From Plasmodiophora brassicae (taxonomy: Eukaryota), in contig CP145417.1 of the NCBI GenBank assembly GCA_036867785.1, forward strand, positions 806,001-870,000: 64,000 bases of DNA, in the 5' to 3' direction. Of this stretch, positions 57,873 through 64,000 are shown one piece after another. The position numbers and the translations under genes are program-made. The notes below the pieces were generated by a model. The model ran no database searches. It saw only the letters and a list, made by a program, of their open reading frames with translations, and was not told where the DNA came from. How positions within the stretch are numbered: the stretch's first letter is position 1; each line of letters starts with the position of its first letter.

Positions 57873-60800
57873 TCAAACTGCCGCACCGATATCTCGAGCA
57901 ATTGTTGACTGTAATGTTTCAGCAGTCATGTTTCCTCTGGATTCAATACAAACCATTGTCGCTTGTACGACGGCATTGTTGTGGATGACTGATGCCGGAA
58001 CCGTAACGATGTTGTTTGGAACGACCTCGTGAAGCGCCTGCCACATCGTATCTGCGCTTCCAGGGTTATACCACCCATTTCCTACACAATGACAAGTCAG
58101 TTACAAAACCAAGAGAAGAACTGCTGATAAATACGGTTGGGATAAAATCTGGGAAGAACTCGATCGTACGGCTTGTCGCAGGCGTGAAGTTTGTACCATC
58201 GGCCAACCAGAATTAAGCAAATCGAATCCGCCTCATGTGCCAACCGATGCGACCAGCCTAGATCGAGCTTGACGAGGTTGCTTATGTCACCCATGTAGAG
58301 GCCAGCCTCTTCGAATTCGACAACAAACTTCGAGTTGCATGTCTTGTACGACTCGTCAACGTCCTGCTTCCGAAACATACATCTACCTGAAATGATTTCA
58401 AACCAATTGTCGTGAACCAAAATGGCAAGCTCAGTACCGATGTCAGCACGAGAGCTGGATTGAACAGACTTTGGAAGGCAGACTGATCCGAACGACGATT
58501 TGTGCAACGAGCAGAACAGATCGAAGCTTCCAAGATGACGAAACATGCCAGAGAATGAATTCAGACCTCTTGGATTCCCAGACGCCTGCGCATAAAGCGC
58601 CACCAAACGCCGATACCGGACCCTCCAAGAATGATTCTTGGTAGAGGCCCAGTGCGTATTTGAATACAGATGAACATGCAACCAACACCGCATCGTATCG
58701 TTAAGTTCTACAGACGACAGCGGAGGGCGCAGATCGATGGGTAGGGTCGACAGATGCGCGGTAGGAATTTCATCCATGCCTGTGGCATTACCAAACATCA
58801 AGGGGCAGTCATTCCTCAGCGAATATTGTCTGTAGAAGTCGCTGCGCAGGAACGTAGCAGCACAGATCAGCTGCATGTAGGACGCGATGTTGACCGTTTC
58901 AGAGACGGTCGCTTGTAGAACGTCTTTCATGAAGTGCAGCCATCGCTCCATTGGCCAGACCCAAATAAGACCGACCAGCGGACCCCATCGCTTGATTATT
59001 TCCGGCAAATGAACAAGAGAATGCATCTGACACGAAAACATCAGAACAGTATGAAATCGGTGAAGCCGTGAAGCCGTTTGTGAAACGTACCGATATGGTC
59101 ATCAGCCCGCAGGGCATGACAGATTCTAGATGCGCCAGAGCGTCGAGAAAGTTAGAAAACACACGATCTAGGTTGCTTCTAACAAAAGCCTTCGAAAGCA
59201 TTGATGACAGCGCATCGAGAAAACGAAACATCGCTATCCAGAACGAAGCAATGGGAGAGTCTGGACGGGTTCGAACCAGCACCCGCGAAACAACAGACCA
59301 CCAGATCCCAATGCCAACGTCGCCGAGCCAAACAAGGGAGTCAGCTGCTTTCCACCAGGAACTCACCAAAGGGTTCCTTGGTTTCGTTGAACCACCGGTT
59401 CGCGATACCCACGTAAGGTTCTCCAAAACATGATCGATTTCAACAGCCAGGGAGGACCATTTTACACCAGCCTTCACTTTAGCGGGATAGGCAGTGTTAT
59501 TGGGCCAAGCCCACACAGGACTGGGACAGTCTCCACGACCGAACAGTTTCTCAGTCTGTGCAAACGGTGTTACAGTTGGCCGTGCAGTCGAGCAGGCCCG
59601 CTTACCTCAGGATTGTAATATGATGAACCCGATCCGTAGAAGTCGATCGCTTGAAAAAGCGGGCGAACAGCACGCATGCAGATGGCGTGCATAGGATCGT
59701 GCACGTAATTGGACGCGTGTCCAAAACTGCACAGAAGGCCAACGGAGTAGACGTCATAACCCGGGTGACGGTATCCACCACGGTCACCGACGTTCCTCGA
59801 CGTCATGCGACGCCGAACTTCGTCGTCGTCTTTGCAGCGCACATCATCACGTAGCTGATCAAGTGAACGCACGTCGCTCGGCCTTTTATCGGAAGGCAAT
59901 GCGTCGAGATACTCCAGCATGTCTTCATATTTTTTACAGAACTATATCAGCAAGCATAAATCTTCAGTGATCAACCCGTACTTAGCAACGCTACCAGTAT
60001 ACTGACATGGCGTTGGACATCCGATGACGCGAACATAAATGCCCCATGGTACTTGACAGATCGGTTTGCTGAACGGCCTCTGATGCTGCATTTATTGCAA
60101 GCATCCTGCTTGCCGTTCTGGCTAGTACAGCTCGTGTGACAGAGCTCGATATAATCCATTGGCTGATGGAGGCGGTTAATACGGGTATTGCAGCATACAA
60201 ACTGTTATATGTGGACAACATACCATCACTGCCGAGATGCATCGAACATGCTTGACTCTCTTCTCGACTGCGTCGAACACTGGGAATCCATAGTAGTTCA
60301 TCAAATTCAGCTCAAAAGCGTCCAGTCTCTGCACTGCACGTCGATGACCCTTAGCAACGTTTGGGATCAATGCCACAGGGGACATAAGGCCCTGATTGCA
60401 GCGAACCGAAGCCGGTAACCCCATCACAATTTGGACAAGAGGAACAACTGACTTAGATCCCCAGCTGAGAAGATCTGCCCCGTCGATCATGGATGACAAC
60501 GAGAGAGGGAACTCGCCGTTCTCGAGGCAAGACTTCATAAACGGCGAATACACCGTATAAAAGAAGTCTCCATCCGTCCAGTCTTGCATATACGTACTTC
60601 TCAAAGGAGCCGATGCGATTTCTCGATGGCGGTCGAGTTCGTCGTGGAGCATCTTGCAGAACGTGTTCGACCGGAACAGACACTGCAGAAACAAAATTCG
60701 CGAAAAGTAGATACACGGCTCTGACTGACGACAGCAGGCCTCTGACGATGGCACATCTGCGCCATCGGGCCACACATGACCACCGCAGCAGGCCTTGTAC

Positions 60801-61620
60801 CTGATAAAGGGTGACGTCACCCCCATATCCAGAAGGTGTCTGCGTAACACACTGATAGATTCGGCTGTAGCATTCAGGTCCACATCCAGAGCATCAGTAA
60901 AGTCGTCACTTGGTACCCCTTTGGCCTCACAAATATCACGAATCTACCAAATGACCATGAGAACTTACATTCGTGAACAAAGCGGTGTGTTATTACCAGT
61001 GCATTTCGACGAATACGTGACTCCTTAGCACGGTTGGAAGCAATCTTCAGCATATTATTGAGGGAGTTGTACGATCCCTTTGACCGCATCACCTCATCGA
61101 AATTGTCGAGAATTGTCGGATCGATGTTCGGTGCCTCGAGTTCCTCCAGCTTCTTGCTGATTTCGGCCACCAGGAAATCGGAAAGCCTGAGCTCATTCAT
61201 GTACTCTTTGCAGTTAGTTTCGCGCCACTCGTTGAATTCCTGAACATTGGAACGGGCATTGTTCTCCAACAGCGCCGGGCGGATATCAAACGGCTCCACA
61301 GAAACATTGTCTCCATGCCTCGTTACAGTCATCGTCGGTCGACGTTGGCGCCGCCGACGGTGCTCATCGAAGAGCCGGAGAAACGGATTGTGCATGACGT
61401 CGACTGAAGGATTGCGCCGTTCGCTCAGAGCTCGACGAGCAATCTCAAGAAAACGGTTGCCGGCGGCGACGTTGTTCCGCTGGCGATCAGAATCGGCAGC
61501 TGCGCGACGACGCTGGTATTCGCGCACATGCTCAAAGAAGATATTCACGTCCCGAGAAGCATCACCGCCCGGATGCTCTGGTGAGTCGCTACTCGATCCC
61601 AGACTGCGTGGTCGACTCAT
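57873..61620 (-). CDS. EnSpm/CACTA transposase (Tnp2/TnpD-like), multi-exon; ends approximate
   Basis: MQDWTDG, LSSMIDG, MGLPASVR, ACNKC, HDPMH, MHSLVHLPEIIKRWGP..WVWPMER. Confidence 0.85.
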
Positions 61621-62006
61621 TCACAGACGCACACCAATGACGCCGCGACTCACGCACTTCCGAAAACGATACTTATGTTGTGAAAATCGCAATGTGGCCA
61701 GTCTGGAGCAGAATGCCCCGAATTGACCCACAGTGGTAGCAATTCCTGCAGAGTCACCAAACACACCGTACGTGTGACCGAATGAAGGGATCTCTATAAC
61801 TGTATGACAGGTTGACCGACCACCATTCTGGAGGCCGCGTTGCCCAATTGACCCCGATTTGACCCCGATGGGTTCCCTGTGTACTGAATATTTTGACTGC
61901 TCGTAGTGATCAAAACCGAGATTGTGAGGCGCCGGGATGACCGGGATACGCCCTCACCAAGAGGGATTTCAGGGGGGAGGGGGCTGGTAAAGTGTATTAA
62001 CACGCT

Positions 62007-62382
62007 CGTCGGAAGAATCGCAAAATCCCAATTATTGGGACTTTGCGATTCTTCCGACGCACCTGAGATCCCTAAAGTGAATTTCTTGGAGTCTGGATTC
62101 TGGGCCGCAATTGGCCACAATTATTGTGGCCCAGAATCCAGACTCCAAGAAATTCACTTTCATCTCGAACCTTTGGGACGAGCTGGGCGATGATGATGAG
62201 GAGGAGGATTACACCTGGGTGCACCCCGACCTCGTTAAGACGACGGCTCGTCATATAGGGCGCGCCAAGCAAGAACTGAGGAATCGGTAATACAATTTCA
62301 CGCTTTCCCGCCGGAGCGTGAAATTGTATTACCGATTCCTCAGTTCTTGCTTGGCGCGCCTTATATGACGAGACGTCGTCTT
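62007..62382. repeat. Cluster of three long inverted repeats (62007-62059, 62074-62160, 62237-62382)
   Basis: Arms of 26, 33 and about 68 bp with 0-2 mismatches, read directly. Confidence 0.92.
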
Positions 62383-62427
62383 GCGATGCGTCGCATTGGA
62401 TACGGGTTTCCATAGCAAATAGCAGAA

Positions 62428-62780
62428 GGGCTGCATCCGGGCTACATTTAATGCAATCTGTACCCGAACGGCTACATGTACGCTACATTAGTGTAGCGCT
62501 TATGTGCCCGAAAGGCTACATCCAGGCTACAAGTAATGTAGCATAAAAATGTATCCAACGGGCTACAACTCGGACACATTGGATGTAGCGTGTACGTGCC
62601 CGGAAGGCTACATTCAAGCTACATTAATGTAGCATGAATGTATCAAACGCGCTACAAACGTGACACAGGCATGTAGCACCTCTGTGTCCGATCCGGGCGG
62701 CTACATGTTTGTAGCACTCACGATACAACGGTGACACACCGTGAATTATTTATTAAAAAATATGTTGCGCGCGTGTAGCG
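62428..62780. repeat. Array of GCTACA/TGTAGC motifs, about 45-bp imperfect period
   Basis: More than 15 copies, typically GGCTACA-n-GCTACA-n-TGTAGC. Confidence 0.8.
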
Positions 62781-62802
62781 GATCTGCTGCCTGCGCGAGT
62801 TA

Positions 62803-63960
62803 TCGTTTGATGAGTCGATGATCATCGCTCTGAAAACCATGGCAACTCTTATGACTGCTGCTGACCTTCAGCAGTTTCTATGTGCGCTCAACTGGATGCC
62901 TAACGAGGAGTCGGATCAGGGTGTAGGCATGGCTCGGAAATGGGCGGCCACCGAGTAGGACAGGTTTGGCGTGCTGAAGAAGCCGGTCGATTGCCAACAC
63001 GGTGCCGCACAGGGTCGCAGCCACGATCTCGATGGCCAGGGACGGCATGCGGCAATCCAACTGGACGTCCCACAAAGGCGGCCAACCTCGCCGCCGATCG
63101 TCGTCCCGGCGCGACCGACCTCTTGTAATCGTCGATGGTAGTAGGCGGCGGTAGGCACGCCCGACACGATCAAGACGGTAGATGACAGGGCCCGAACGAA
63201 CAGCTGGTAGCACCATGAAGCGAAGGTCGACCGCCAGATGTCGACATCTGGAAACACGGTGGCGTTCTGCCCAGGCGCACGCGCTGTCAGGACGCCATTG
63301 AGCTCGTCACTGGAGCCGACGAGCAGGAACGGCATTGGAACGCGACGCGTCCGGGCGCCTCGGGACCCGTCGTTGGTGTAGAGGTGCGACGATGGAGGAT
63401 TGCCCACGGTTGGCCCTGACGACGAGTCAGTCAGCGAGCTGGTGGACGGCAGTTGATATCGGTGTGTCCGCCTCTTCTTACACATGGCCGCCACCGCACC
63501 AGTGTCGTAAATGTTGAAGTACTGCGTCTCGAAGGGGCATGCGATGTCCGACTTCGGACGCATTGTTGACGATAAACGTGGCTGGCCGACGTGAACGACG
63601 ATAGTTCCGTATTGAGCCGGTGTGGGCGTGTGCCAGGACCGTGCCTGGGGTTGCTCGTATGGCACACGCTCATACGACATACCGCTATGGTACATGGCAA
63701 GCGGTTTCGCCTTCTCGTCCATGCCGTCGGTACAGTCGACTCGTGTCATCCTGCCTGGACAAGTACTGAGTAGTCGATTCTGCAGGGTGCACGACAGGTC
63801 TTCTGCTGATTGTTGCCCCGTTGACCGCGTTCTCCAACTTCAGGTACGGCGCGGACGGTCTAGCATTGGTCTTAATCGCGTTACGATCGCTGATCTACGG
63901 GGTCGTATCCGTCTTCACCGAATTGTCGCCCACTGCCTTGTCCGGCTCATGGTTCCTGTC
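62803..63960 (+). pseudogene. Degenerate Gypsy pol relic
   Basis: SFDESMIIALKTMATLMTAADLQQFLCALNWM at 62803-62898 matches the post-RT LxxFLGxxNW motif; the remainder is fragmented and its extent uncertain. Confidence 0.5.
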
Positions 63961-64000
63961 GACTAACGCGCGACGTGCCTGCTTCTACCTATGGGTAGCC

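Larger units (their letters stand above)
56487..61881 (-). mobile_element. EnSpm/CACTA-superfamily transposon with CACAG termini; 3-bp TSD TAC
   Basis: TAC|CACAGGGAACC... and ...GGTTCCCTGTG|TAC; subterminal GGGGTCAA repeats at both ends. Confidence 0.9.

Noticed and set aside
62916-63749. 277-aa minus ORF near the window end
   Set aside because: No recognisable domain; lies antisense to the degenerate Gypsy relic.

Overview
Compact eukaryotic genomic DNA, GC-rich with ~50-75 nt GT-AG introns. Gene style is consistent with a flagellated protist; a plasmodiophorid such as Plasmodiophora is my guess, not shown. The first ~36.6 kb is a dense, mostly housekeeping block: RAP-domain protein, NOP9, mitochondrial F1 delta, bL9m, TMEM218, LTO1, tRNA-Arg, two tandem ankyrin genes, DPH3, FANCJ/RTEL1-like helicase, glucosidase II alpha, METTL9, oligoribonuclease, PDK/BCKDK kinase, a multi-TM receptor-like gene and HIG1. 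The last ~27 kb is a transposon island. It holds five elements bounded by readable TSDs: an RT-deleted Copia, a MULE carrying a Ulp1 protease, a small LTR element nested in that Ulp1 gene, a DD38E Tc1/IS630 element and a CACAG-ended EnSpm element. It also holds a DD34E transposase with a convergent partner gene, tRNA-Leu, a secreted ankyrin gene, three long hairpins and Gypsy relics. Most notable signals: (1) the Copia has a -1 frameshift cassette between protease and integrase and a primer site matching the 5' half of tRNA-Lys(CTT); (2) a 56-nt intron apparently born by tandem duplication of its own upstream exon; (3) an LTR element with oligo-T in place of a PBS; (4) a 5-nt microexon in the PDK gene. 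All family calls come from motif recognition by eye; no database search was run.
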